Shown one piece after another: positions 1 through 8,415 of a DNA stretch of 64,000 bases; position 1 is the stretch's first letter, and every line of letters starts with the position of its first letter. Made by a program: the position numbers and the translations under genes. Origin of the DNA: an uncultured Halobacteriales archaeon (GTDB taxonomy: Archaea; Thermoplasmatota; E2; JACPAO01; JAHFTW01); NCBI GenBank assembly GCA_964643795.1, contig CAZXUC010000004.1, positions 38,526 to 102,525 of the forward strand. Direction: 5' to 3'. The notes under the pieces are model-generated. The model ran no database searches. It saw only the letters and a program-made list of their open reading frames with translations, and was not told where the DNA came from.

Positions 1-186
1 GTCCACGGAACGACGCACGAACGCCTGACGGCACTGCGTCTACCTGGACTCACCTACGAGGACGTCATCAACTTCGCCTTGGACCACCTTTCGGACGACG
101 AGATCGCCAAGCATTACCAGTCGTGGCAAAAGGAAGCCATGCAGAAGCTCTCCAGGGTTTCTCGCCCCCTCGGCCGAAAGGCCTGA
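1..186 (+). CDS. 3' end of a CDS entering from the left edge (61 codons + TGA); antitoxin-like C-terminal tail
   Basis: Frame 1 is open from nt 1 to TGA 184-186 (...LPGLTYEDVINFALDHLSDDEIAKHYQSWQKEAMQKL...). It resembles the helix seen in the putative antitoxins at 46635-46898 and 50820-51104. No start lies in the window, so it is absent from the ORF track. Confidence 0.3.
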   Translation, partial: VHGTTHERLTALRLPGLTYEDVINFALDHLSDDEIAKHYQSWQKEAMQKLSRVSRPLGRKA

Positions 187-204
187 TCGCCTGCCCCGGC
201 GAGA

Positions 205-271
205 CCCTACCTTCCGTCCGCAGCCCGCTCCAACGCGGCGACGTCGAGTTTCTTCATGTCCATCATGGCCG
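205..271. repeat. Direct repeat copy 1 (67 bp); detached duplicate of the 3' end of the gene at 928-1476
   Basis: ccctaccttccgtccgcAgcccgctccaacgcggcgacgtcgagtttcttcatgtccatcatggccg is read at 205-271 and again at 926-992, 66/67 identical (mismatch 222 vs 943). Confidence 0.9.
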
Positions 272-294
272 GCGTATCCCGTCGAAATCGAATG

Positions 295-522
295 CTAAGT
301 GCGTCGCCGGCGCTGTCCCTTGGGGGGGAACCATTGGTCGTACGTGTCGTGGTCGACGACGTCAAGGAAGATGATGTCGCGTTCGTCGATGGTGTAGAAG
401 CAGCGGACGTCGCCCTTGAGGTCGATGCAGTAGAGGTTCTGGGCGCCGTACCGATCGCGGAAGTACTCGGGGATGTCGCTGGCGCGGATGACGTCGCCCC
501 AGAGCGGGTCCTGGCTGAGCAT
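295..522 (-). CDS. RelE/ParE-superfamily toxin-like protein
   Basis: ...LYCIDLKGDVRCFYTIDERDIIFLDVVDHDTYDQWF is a typical RelE/YoeB-like C-terminal core. ATG at 522 lies 16 nt after the upstream gene stop; the ORF-track start at 582 would overlap that gene by 44 nt. Confidence 0.5.
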   Translation of the reverse strand: MLSQDPLWGDVIRASDIPEYFRDRYGAQNLYCIDLKGDVRCFYTIDERDIIFLDVVDHDTYDQWFPPKGQRRRRT

Positions 523-538
523 GAGGCGGGCGGCGACA

Positions 539-817
539 TCAGACCCGGCGGCCCAAAGCGGCGGCGCGGCGCAGCTTCTCATTTCCCGTGAAGGTCCACT
601 GGATGCCCTTACTACCCTCGACGATCATGCGGTGGTCGTACAGGTACTGCAGCGCCCTGTTGAGGCGCGCCGGTGTCGTGCCCGCATGAAGGCCCTTGAG
701 TTTTTCGTGGATGAAGTTGCGGCTGACGGGCTCGCCAGCCTCGCGCAGGACGACCTCTACGCGCTCCAGGGTCGTCACCTGGACGTCGATGGTGGGTTTC
801 TCGATGAGCATCGGCAC
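539..817 (-). CDS. Small winged-helix protein, putative antitoxin/regulator of the downstream RelE-like gene
   Basis: 92-aa ORF directly upstream of the toxin-like gene. The ...VSRNFIHEKLKGLHAGTTPARLNRALQYLYDHRMIV... segment reads as a wHTH. Confidence 0.4.
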   Translation of the reverse strand: MPMLIEKPTIDVQVTTLERVEVVLREAGEPVSRNFIHEKLKGLHAGTTPARLNRALQYLYDHRMIVEGSKGIQWTFTGNEKLRRAAALGRRV

Positions 818-925
818 AACATCCTATGTCCGCCGAGGGATAAAGAACTTTAGGGCCAACGCTTCTTTATCCCCCCACCCCCCACCCTGGGCAGCGGCTT
901 CCCGTCGGCACGGTGAACTTGCGGG

Positions 926-992
926 CCCTACCTTCCGTCCGCCGCCCGCTCCAACGCGGCGACGTCGAGTTTCTTCATGTCCATCATGGCCG
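926..992. repeat. Direct repeat copy 2 (67 bp), here forming the genuine 3' end of the 928-1476 CDS
   Basis: See 205-271. In this copy the repeat encodes ...MMDMKKLDVAALERAADGR plus the stop codon. Confidence 0.9.
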
Positions 993-1476
993 TGTACGCC
1001 CGCGCCGCTCTCTTGGGGTCGGGATCCGCGAGGAGCTCGAACATGCGAGTGGGGACAATCTGCCACGAGGCACCGAACTTGTCCTTGAGCCAACCACATT
1101 GCTCCGATTCAGGCACCGCGGACAGGGCCTTCCAGTAGCGGTCCACCTCAACTTGGTCCTTGCAGGGCACGATGAACGAGACGGCCTCGTTCAGATGGAA
1201 GTAGGGGCCCCCGTTCAGCGCAGTGAACTTTCGCCCCATGAGCGTGAACTCGACGAGGACCGTGTCCCCCTTCTTGCCGGCTGGGTAGTCGGTCGGAGAC
1301 GCAACGACGCGGTCGAGGCTGGAAGCTGGGAAGATGGAGACGTAGAACTTCGCTGCCTTCTCGGCTTGGCCATCGAACCAGAGGCAGGGGGTGATGGTGT
1401 CGAAGGCGCGGGACGATTGCTTGGTCTGCTTGCTCTGCGTGGTGGACGTCGTCGTGGTCGTCGTGGTGGGAGCCAT
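928..1476 (-). CDS. PhnB / 3-demethylubiquinone-9 3-methyltransferase-domain (glyoxalase/VOC-fold) protein
   Basis: ...ITPCLWFDGQAEKAAKFYVSIF...VLVEFTLMGRKFTALNGGP...DQVEVDRYW..L....ESEQCGWLKDKFGASWQIVP. Start taken at ATG 1476 (MAPTTTTTTTSTT...); the N-terminus has a poly-Thr run. Confidence 0.6.
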   Translation of the reverse strand: MAPTTTTTTTSTTQSKQTKQSSRAFDTITPCLWFDGQAEKAAKFYVSIFPASSLDRVVASPTDYPAGKKGDTVLVEFTLMGRKFTALNGGPYFHLNEAVSFIVPCKDQVEVDRYWKALSAVPESEQCGWLKDKFGASWQIVPTRMFELLADPDPKRAARAYTAMMDMKKLDVAALERAADGR

Positions 1477-1583
1477 GGAGTGTCGCCGGAGCGTGATGAA
1501 TCGGAAGGCGATAAGGACGAGGGGTGGCGAGCAGGCGTGGAGGAGGTGTCCGTGCATGTACCGCTCAGCGCCGATGACTAGCG

Positions 1584-1940
1584 TCAGCCTTCGAATCCGA
1601 GCAAGTCCGCGAGCAGACCGTCAAGGACTGCGGCATCCGAGTCGTTGAGGTGCCCAATGCGTTCCGTGAGGCGGTTTCGGTCCAGGTAGCGGATTTGGAA
1701 GGCCATCACGATGGAAGCATCGCGAAGTCCATTTTCCGCGTCTGGATCTACGCGCAGCGTACCCTTGAACCGGGAGCGATCCAAGTTCGTCGTGATGGGC
1801 AGGACGATTGTGAATCGGTTGTCGGGTTCATCCGCCACGATGACGGCCGGTCGTTTGCCGCTCTGCGCGTGGCCCTCTTGGACCGGGAGGTTGACCCACC
1901 AAATGTCGAAGCGGGGAATCTTGCTGGCGGAGGCGGGCAT
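1584..1940 (-). CDS. mazF: MazF/PemK-family endoribonuclease toxin
   Basis: ...RFDIWWVNLPVQEGHAQSGKRPAVIVADE...IVLPITTN... is the classic PemK/MazF signature. It begins 1 nt after the upstream gene stop. Confidence 0.8.
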   Translation of the reverse strand: MPASASKIPRFDIWWVNLPVQEGHAQSGKRPAVIVADEPDNRFTIVLPITTNLDRSRFKGTLRVDPDAENGLRDASIVMAFQIRYLDRNRLTERIGHLNDSDAAVLDGLLADLLGFEG

Positions 1941-1941
1941 G

Positions 1942-2460
1942 CTACGCTTCGTCTTGCGCCGATGCGGCGTCCCAGGCAGTCATTTCCTCATTCAAGGAGT
2001 CCACATCGGCGGCAGTGACTTCGCGGAAAATCCCCTTGCACTTTGAAACCCCAACGGCGACGTCGCGCGGACTGAGGAACGGCTTCGTGGCGCGCAGGGT
2101 TTGGATTGCGTCGGTTTCCGTTTTGCCTTGGTTGCGCAGGAACCGATAGGCGGCCATGACTTCCAGCATATGCGGGCGTAGTTCGACGGCGCTGCGAAGT
2201 TTGGCGATTCGCACCTTGTCAGCTTGCGTGAGCCTCACCGTGGCCTTGGAAACTGGGGCTTGGAACAAGTCCTTGGTGAGGGTGGGTGAATACGTTCCGC
2301 GCAGGTAGAAGCTGAAGGTCTTCTCGTAGCCGAGCTTGACGCCCAACTCCTGGAGAAGGTACGTCATTTTCTGTGCCATGAGGCGGTGGTCGAATTGCTT
2401 GATGTCGAAGTCGAGGCCCGCTTCCTTGAAGCAGGCGAGCGTTTTCTGCGGGTCGGTCAT
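1942..2460 (-). CDS. Putative antitoxin, SocA/Panacea-like (DUF4065-like) domain
   Basis: ...HRLMAQKMTYLLQELGVKLGYEKTFSFYLRGTYSPTLTKDL resembles the 'kLQKLlYl...GPYS' core of Panacea-domain proteins. ATG 2460 overlaps the upstream stop (ATGA). Confidence 0.4.
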   Translation of the reverse strand: MTDPQKTLACFKEAGLDFDIKQFDHRLMAQKMTYLLQELGVKLGYEKTFSFYLRGTYSPTLTKDLFQAPVSKATVRLTQADKVRIAKLRSAVELRPHMLEVMAAYRFLRNQGKTETDAIQTLRATKPFLSPRDVAVGVSKCKGIFREVTAADVDSLNEEMTAWDAASAQDEA

Positions 2461-2777
2461 GGTGATGCCAGCCATTGTTGTAGCCAGGCGCGGGCACGAT
2501 CCCATTCGGTTCGTCCGGCCTCGGTGATGTGGTAGGTCATGATTGTCTTGTTCTCCATGGGGACTTTTCGCTCCGCGATGGCCCCCAGTTCGAGTAGGGC
2601 GTAGATGTTGGAGAGGAGTTTGCCGTCGCTCATGCCCATGCGGGCTTGCAGTTCGCGGAACTCGATGCCGTCCTGGTCGTAGAGGCGCAGCACCTGCATG
2701 AGCTGGATCCGGGGCAGGGAAACCAGCTGGGGGTTGAGCGCTGTGGCGCTCGACAGGAGGGCGAGCCGGTCTGCCAT
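2457..2777 (-). CDS. MarR/PadR-like winged-helix transcriptional regulator
   Basis: MADRLALL...IEFRELQARMGMSDGKLLSNIYALLELGAIAERKV...TYHITEAGRTEW is a wHTH. It is the first gene of a three-gene chain ending in mazF. Confidence 0.55.
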   Translation of the reverse strand: MADRLALLSSATALNPQLVSLPRIQLMQVLRLYDQDGIEFRELQARMGMSDGKLLSNIYALLELGAIAERKVPMENKTIMTYHITEAGRTEWDRARAWLQQWLASP

Positions 2778-2881
2778 GGTCACCTTGTGGCCAAGCGGCC
2801 TAATAAGCATTGACATTCGCATTGTCATCAACACTCAACTTTGATGTAACATGAACATTCATAAGCCTAGCCACCTGTGCA

Positions 2882-3142
2882 GTGAACATGCCTCAAAGCA
2901 TCCCGCGCGCCCCGGCGCGCCCGCACGCCCCCGCCCACCCGCGGTTCCACGAAGACGAGAACGCCAACACTGCGGTCATCAGGATCGCCGGCATCGGCAC
3001 AATCACCCTCACGGGCCTGATCGTCTGGTTCTTCGCGGGATCCATCATGATGACCATGCCTGGCATCGTCGGCTTCATGGGATTCGTTGCCGTGGTCGCG
3101 GCCTTGGTCCTCCTCATTGCAACGTTCTGGCCGCGGAACTGA
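2882..3142 (+). CDS. Small membrane protein (2 predicted TM helices)
   Basis: ...IAGIGTITLTGLIVWFFAGSIMMTMPGIVGFMGFVAVVAALVLLIATFW. Confidence 0.4.
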   Translation: MNMPQSIPRAPARPHAPAHPRFHEDENANTAVIRIAGIGTITLTGLIVWFFAGSIMMTMPGIVGFMGFVAVVAALVLLIATFWPRN

Positions 3143-3145
3143 ACC

Positions 3146-3295
3146 ATGGCTAAGAACGAAGACTGGATCGCAACAGGCCTCGCCCTCCTTCTTGGCTACG
3201 CCGTCATGAAGGCAGTCACGAACAAGCGCTGTCAAAACTGCGGCAACATGACGCCTCGCGACAAGGCCTGCCGCCACTGCGGAGGGTGGCCTTGA
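3146..3295 (+). CDS. 49-aa membrane-anchored zinc-ribbon protein
   Basis: Translated by hand: MAKNEDWIATGLALLLGYAVMKAVTNKRCQNCGNMTPRDKACRHCGGWP*. Too short for the ORF track. Confidence 0.3.
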   Translation: MAKNEDWIATGLALLLGYAVMKAVTNKRCQNCGNMTPRDKACRHCGGWP

Positions 3296-3495
3296 CCGAG
3301 AACGCATGGCTCAAGGGCGGCCAGCTCATCATCCCGGGATTCGCCGTCTGGGGCGCCATCGAATCACTCGACAAGGGTTACCAAAGCATAGGATTCGTGC
3401 TCATCGCTTACCTGACGTTCTGGGTACTAGGACAAATCCTGGCCACGTCCGTCAACATGCGCAGCGACATCCGGCGGTTGCGCGGTTTGGAATAG
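3286..3495 (+). CDS. Small membrane protein
   Basis: GTG start overlapping the previous small ORF; two hydrophobic helices (IIPGFAVWGAI..., FVLIAYLTFWVLGQILA). Confidence 0.3.
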   Translation: MALTENAWLKGGQLIIPGFAVWGAIESLDKGYQSIGFVLIAYLTFWVLGQILATSVNMRSDIRRLRGLE

Positions 3496-3610
3496 ACTTT
3501 GGAAGGCGACAGCCCTTGACTAGGAACAGTTTCCGGTGGACTTCAAGTAGCCGGAAATTGGCCGTGTTGTAGCCGCCCGCTACCGGACCTTGTAGTGGGT
3601 CAAATCGCCG

Positions 3611-3973
3611 TCACTGCGTCGCTGGGGAACCGGACGTCGCCTGCGTGCCCGTTTCAGGGGGCGGCGATTCCTTGCCGAGGAAATCTTGCAGGAGCGCTTC
3701 CAGGACTTGGTCGGAGTCTTTGCTCCTGACTATAGGGGCGATGTAACGACGCGTTAGAAGGATGGCTAGGCCTAGGGTAATTGCACAGGCGACGACGATG
3801 CAGCCGACGAAGTAGACGGCCAGGGCGGATTCTGGCCAGCCCAGCATCCGCCACCGTGCGAGTTGGGTGGCGCCTTCCACCATGCTTGACCAGGCGCCCA
3901 AGCTCAGCAGGGCAATAGCGAGTAGGACGAACGGCAGGACGAGGGCCTGTAAGCAGCGGAGTTTGAGGCTCAT
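3611..3973 (-). CDS. Membrane protein, unknown function
   Basis: 120-aa ORF with 2-3 TM helices (LVLPFVLLAIALLSLGAW, VYFVGCIVVACAITLGLAILL). Confidence 0.4.
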   Translation of the reverse strand: MSLKLRCLQALVLPFVLLAIALLSLGAWSSMVEGATQLARWRMLGWPESALAVYFVGCIVVACAITLGLAILLTRRYIAPIVRSKDSDQVLEALLQDFLGKESPPPETGTQATSGSPATQ

Positions 3974-4151
3974 AGGCAGTGGATGTCGGTCCTTGGCTTT
4001 AGGCTAGGGGCAGAGGATAGTGAATTCATTTTCGGAACCCCTGGGGCGTTCCACCTTGCCAATTCGCCCTAATGGCGCTGACCAACGATCTGTCTCGAGT
4101 TCCTCTATACATGGCGGGCCGCATCGTGCATAACGGCTCCTGGAATCTAAT

Positions 4152-4196
4152 AGCGGGGATAGGAACCCGTCCTATCAGAATCCATACCGCCCCGCC
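4152..4196 (-). other. tRNA-like mini-helix; candidate remnant/att of tRNA-iMet at the left end of the island
   Basis: Minus strand reads GGCGGGGCGGTATGGATTCTGATAGGACGGGTTCCTATCCCCGCT-A. It reuses the acceptor strings GCGGGG / CCCCGCTA and the GACGGG of the tRNA at 35511-35584. The exact shared run is only 9 nt (TCCCCGCTA). Confidence 0.3.
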
Positions 4197-4207
4197 CAGG
4201 AGGGAGC

Positions 4208-4597
4208 GTGATGGACGCCATCCCGTCTCACACCTGGGACCAGTTTTGGATTCACGAATGGAACCCGACCGCATCACGAGACATCGGACCACGCGTCGGC
4301 AAGTGGGTCGTCACGGTCGATGCCGATGACATCGACGCCGCATGGGCAGAAATCCACGAAGCCCTCAGGCAAAACCGATTGGGGCCGTCTGCAAAGGCGC
4401 GCACCGCCCTAGCGCACCCCGACGTCGAGCCCAACGGGCACTTGGTAATCTGCGTCTACACTCACGACAGCAGGGATGCCACGGACAAGGAACGCGTGCG
4501 CCGGGCCCTCGCAAACCTGGGCTTTCAAAAGGTCCGCTACAAGACGGACGCAGAGACGAGGCGCGACTGGCGCTCATGCTTGCCTGAGGAGGATTAG
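4208..4597 (+). CDS. DUF1917/Bles03-like (putative phosphothreonine-lyase-like) domain protein
   Basis: ...VGKWVVTVDADDIDAAWAEI...LGPSAKA......HLVICVYTHDSRDATDKERVRRALANLGF.KVRYKTDAET matches that family as I recall it. Confidence 0.35.
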   Translation: MMDAIPSHTWDQFWIHEWNPTASRDIGPRVGKWVVTVDADDIDAAWAEIHEALRQNRLGPSAKARTALAHPDVEPNGHLVICVYTHDSRDATDKERVRRALANLGFQKVRYKTDAETRRDWRSCLPEED

Positions 4598-4608
4598 GAG
4601 GCGATGGC

Positions 4609-5742
4609 ATGTCATTCTTCAGTGACAAGGACCACGACGTCTGCTGGACCTACTTTGACCGGCACATCGTCCGCATCCCAAAGCCCGAGAACCAGGCCGA
4701 CTGCCGCAAGTACATGCTCGAGCGCGAAGAGAACATCGAGCTCAGCACCCTAGGCAGCTATCTGTGCCACATCAAGGCGTTCGGCATCTACCTCGGCGAA
4801 CGAGGCTGGCGCGACGCCACCCGCGACGACGTCATTGCCCACATCAAGGGCGCCGCCGGACAGCAAGGACGTATCGGCCGCACACATAGCCGGCGCGGCC
4901 GCCCCCTGGGCCAGTACACGAAGTACCAGCGAATGGTAATGCTACGGGAGTTCTACAAGTGGCTGCTCGACACCGACGAGACGCCGCCCCAATTTCGGCG
5001 CATGCCCTTCTGCAAACCGAGCATGCAGGAGCAGTCGCAAGCCCGGGAGGACCGCCTCACGCAGCCGGAAATCATGGACTTGCTTGCCGCAACTAGCGAC
5101 AAGATGGAGCGCTGCATCATCATGCTGCTTCTGGACTCCGGGTTCCGTGCCGGCGAATTGGCGGCCCTCGACATTAGGGACGTGACGTTCGACGACCACG
5201 GCGCCAAGCTGATGCACAGTCGCGCGGCGCGCGGCCTCAAGACGCTCCGCCGACGAGTGCCGACCCGAATCACGATTGCTGCGATTTACCTCCGGGAATG
5301 GATTGCCGTCCACCCATTCCGGCTCCATCCGGAAAAGCCGCTGTTCATCAGCCGCAGCAACCGCAACAAGGGCGAACGCCTCGGCGCCGGTGGCGTGTGG
5401 AGCGTTGTCGACCGCCTCGCCACCACCGCCAAAATCCGCCATGTGCACCCCCACATGTTCCGGCACACGGCGGCCAGCATCCGAGCAGGCGATGGCTGGA
5501 ACGAGGAGATGCTTCGCTTGCACTTCGGCTGGTCGAAGGGTAGCGACATGCCCAGCCTCTACTCGCACGTCGAACAGGACTACGACAACTTCGCCCTTCG
5601 ACGCGCCGGCCTCCCTGTGCCCCAGGTCAAGCCGTCGTGGACACTGCAGTGCCCGTCCTGCAAGGCAGAATGTCCGGGCGACGCGTTCTTCTGCGTCGAC
5701 TGCGGCAAGCCCTTGCACGAAACGGGGGGCGTTGCGCCATGA
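4609..5742 (+). CDS. Tyrosine recombinase/integrase (XerC/D-like) with C-terminal zinc ribbon
   Basis: LLDSGFRAGELAAL (Arg), HPHMFRHTAAS (HxxR), ...LYSHV (Tyr); C-terminal CPSCKAECPGDAFFCVDCGKPL. Confidence 0.85.
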   Translation: MSFFSDKDHDVCWTYFDRHIVRIPKPENQADCRKYMLEREENIELSTLGSYLCHIKAFGIYLGERGWRDATRDDVIAHIKGAAGQQGRIGRTHSRRGRPLGQYTKYQRMVMLREFYKWLLDTDETPPQFRRMPFCKPSMQEQSQAREDRLTQPEIMDLLAATSDKMERCIIMLLLDSGFRAGELAALDIRDVTFDDHGAKLMHSRAARGLKTLRRRVPTRITIAAIYLREWIAVHPFRLHPEKPLFISRSNRNKGERLGAGGVWSVVDRLATTAKIRHVHPHMFRHTAASIRAGDGWNEEMLRLHFGWSKGSDMPSLYSHVEQDYDNFALRRAGLPVPQVKPSWTLQCPSCKAECPGDAFFCVDCGKPLHETGGVAP

Positions 5743-5887
5743 CGCCGGGCTAGTCGACGTGGCATGACGTTGTCCACTGGCACCCGTGGCACGTCGTTCC
5801 CGCCCTCACCTCGCCGACCCTCTTCCGCCTCTTTCCCCACGCTTACGCAGCACGAGCTGCCCTTGTACCCAAGGTCTAGGCCGGGAC

Positions 5888-7963
5888 CTATCCCGCCGCT
5901 TCTCGCACGTTGGCAAACGCCTGTTTCACAATCGGGAAGGCGGCCTCGAGCTGCTCAATCGTGGCAATCTCAACCCACGGAGCGCCTTTCCAGTCTTCGA
6001 AGCCGCCGGGCGCCTCCACTTCCTCAGTGTCGATGCCCTTGACCCAAAGGGTTAGGACCGATTTTTTGGCACGAACCTCAAGGAACTTCATGTCGCTGCG
6101 GAACGCGATGTAGTTCTTGTTAACGACCTCGCGAACGGAGGAATCGAGGTTGATGACGCGCTGTTTCAGGTGCTGGTATAGGTCGAGGACGGCCCCCCGA
6201 AGGTGAGGGTGGTCGTCGAGCGTGTACGCAACAGACTCCGGGTCGTCAATCGAAATCGGCTGGTACTTGGCGAGCGTTTCTGCACTTAGGCTCGGCGCGG
6301 ACCAGATGCCAATCGCCGTACTGGCAATTCGCTTAGCACGTTGGACAATGGTGTCGCCGTTCCATCGCTCTAACGGGGCAAGTTCCCTGTTGAGCCGAAT
6401 CGGACTGTCTCGGAATCCGCCCTTCATATCGCGTTTTTCGGCAAACGGCCGATCGCTCAATTCAGGATTGTATCCGGTCAAGGTCAGATTTCCAATCGTG
6501 TGGAGATACTGGCCTTGGATTTCCTTCCACGCCGGGCCTAGATCACGCCGCCACGCTTCACTGAGGTTTTCATTTTGGGGCATGATGTGTTCGATGGTGT
6601 ACGCCTCTACTGCCACGCGCTCTTTGCGGTCGTGGTTTTCAAGACGCCGCAAAATGTAGTTGCGGATCCTAAGATTGTAGACGTCCTTTACCTGCAGTTC
6701 CGTGGCGAACTCTTCGTTGCTGGGGAACCGCAAGTAGGATTCCTTCCGCTGGAAGGCGGCGCCTAGACTTTCGACGTACGCCTCCTTGTTCAGTTCACGA
6801 CTTAGCGTCGAGAATGTCTTGTCCAACGAATTGGTTGGAATGCCGCAAATCGCGCGCCGGAACACATAACTCTCCACGGCGCGCAAGACCTGGAGTAGTT
6901 CTGGCGCGCCAATTCTCTTGGAGTAGTAGTCGTCGTAGATCTCGAGGAGAAACGGATAGACGACCGTAATCTTGAGGTCGTTCAAGTCCTGGAGCGCTTG
7001 GGAGACAGCCGCATTCTGGTCGGTCGCTTGCAGGAGATTCACGTAATGCTTCGCGTGCCGCGAAATGTCGGCAAGGAGTACCTCAATGTCAGACGACGGG
7101 TTGGACCGCGTGTATTCCTTGAATTTTGCATAGACTTCCTGAATCTTCGTGATCTTGGTACGCTTGAGCTTGAGCGTAAGGTAGTCCTTCATGAAGCGGT
7201 CAAACAAGCCCTCTTCGTCGACTTTGTTGAACCCCTGCTCCATGGGTTGCCAGAATCGGTTGTAAAAATCCGTCTGCTTGGCCGGTTCGAGCCCCATCAA
7301 AACGAAATTGCGAATGAGGTCAGCCTGGGAGAGATCCAGGCCGGTTGAGTTCAGGCTCTCAAAGATCATCTGGGCATTGTCATAGCGCCGGTCCAATGCA
7401 ACGTCGACCACAACCAGCTTTTTGATTCCCGTGAAAACGAGGTTGGCGTCGGCTCCCGCGGCAAGCAATCCCGAGAAGAACTCGAAATTCGCCGTAAGCC
7501 GAACGGATGCATCGGTGGGTGGTTCCTGGCCTTGCAGAAGTCGGATTAGGGTTTCCTTGTCCTGTTGGGTGAGAAGGAGTTTGAAACGCTGGTCGCCGGG
7601 CTCCAAGCTGTTGAACAGGTAGTAGTCACGAATGCGCTGAGCTGCCGCCTTGTCCTCCGGTCCTTTGCCGTCAAGCGACTGGCACAACGCGCCCAACAGA
7701 AGGGTGATAGTCGTGAGCCGCTGCTGGCCATCAATTACGAGGCGCTGCGGGACCGACGTGATTGTGGAGAGGCCCTGCTCGATGCAAACCAGGGAGCCAA
7801 CGAAGTGAGTGCTTGCATTGGTGTCAGACGCGACGCGCAAGATGTCGTCCCACAACTGTTCACACTGCTTCAGCGTCCAACTGTAGGGCCGCTGGTAGAT
7901 TGGAATGATGAACTGGTTCTTGCTCTCAAGGCATTTCAGGAAGACCGTTTCGTTAGCTTTCAT
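5888..7963 (-). CDS. GmrSD-family type IV (modification-dependent) restriction enzyme, DUF262 + DUF1524
   Basis: IPIYQRPYSW and DGQQRLTT (DUF262); YTIEHIMPQ...HTIGNLTLTGYNPELSDRPF (DUF1524 HNH-like). Start taken at MKANETV (7963). Confidence 0.8.
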   Translation of the reverse strand: MKANETVFLKCLESKNQFIIPIYQRPYSWTLKQCEQLWDDILRVASDTNASTHFVGSLVCIEQGLSTITSVPQRLVIDGQQRLTTITLLLGALCQSLDGKGPEDKAAAQRIRDYYLFNSLEPGDQRFKLLLTQQDKETLIRLLQGQEPPTDASVRLTANFEFFSGLLAAGADANLVFTGIKKLVVVDVALDRRYDNAQMIFESLNSTGLDLSQADLIRNFVLMGLEPAKQTDFYNRFWQPMEQGFNKVDEEGLFDRFMKDYLTLKLKRTKITKIQEVYAKFKEYTRSNPSSDIEVLLADISRHAKHYVNLLQATDQNAAVSQALQDLNDLKITVVYPFLLEIYDDYYSKRIGAPELLQVLRAVESYVFRRAICGIPTNSLDKTFSTLSRELNKEAYVESLGAAFQRKESYLRFPSNEEFATELQVKDVYNLRIRNYILRRLENHDRKERVAVEAYTIEHIMPQNENLSEAWRRDLGPAWKEIQGQYLHTIGNLTLTGYNPELSDRPFAEKRDMKGGFRDSPIRLNRELAPLERWNGDTIVQRAKRIASTAIGIWSAPSLSAETLAKYQPISIDDPESVAYTLDDHPHLRGAVLDLYQHLKQRVINLDSSVREVVNKNYIAFRSDMKFLEVRAKKSVLTLWVKGIDTEEVEAPGGFEDWKGAPWVEIATIEQLEAAFPIVKQAFANVREAAG

Positions 7964-8039
7964 TGTGAGGCCACCTTTCGCACACCTTGGCGCCCACAAT
8001 CTCTGTGCAAGCGGCACGACCATCGGCCAATCGTGCAAT

Positions 8040-8330
8040 CAATGCCTGGCGCGTATGGGCCGCAGCCAACCGCTTGAGGTTAAGCTTTCCTTTAGCTGGT
8101 CCTGCGGGACCCGCAGATAGCTGAGTTGCTTGCCGCGCATAGTCTTCTCGTATGCGGCAAGTTGCCCGCACCAGCTGCGTCGTCCGGGTGGCGGTACGTG
8201 CCGGCGCCCCACAACACACCGATCACGACGCGGAATTCTGATTTCACGGCGGCGTCGCCCACGGCTCCGCCTTGCCGAGGGCGTTAGGAGGAGGGCCGCC
8301 GCGCGAAGCGGCATCGCGAACCCATGATGT
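8040..8330 (-). pseudogene. Decayed fragment homologous to the C-terminus of the type III Res protein
   Basis: Three minus frames give ...GKAEPW..., ...SYLRVPQDQLKES... and ...LNLKRLAAAHTRQ..., in the same order as Res ...GGKPWHYLLVPHDVVRESATLKGLAAAHTRQ (9730-9800). At least two frameshifts and no start. Confidence 0.4.
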
Positions 8331-8415
8331 GCTTGCCTCAAGCACACGGCGAGCCGGCGCGAAGTTCTCCGGTTTTTGGTGGATGCCGATTAGTGTTCCC
8401 CAGGCGCGGTGAATC

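Noticed and set aside
3586-3600. 15-bp match gaccttgtagtgggt, inverted at 35373-35387 (and a related actacaaggt at 31733-31742), considered as island terminal inverted repeats.
   Set aside because: A single 15-mer match between two loci is near chance expectation for 64 kb read on both strands. The flanks do not extend the similarity, and the orientation does not fit integrase att sites.
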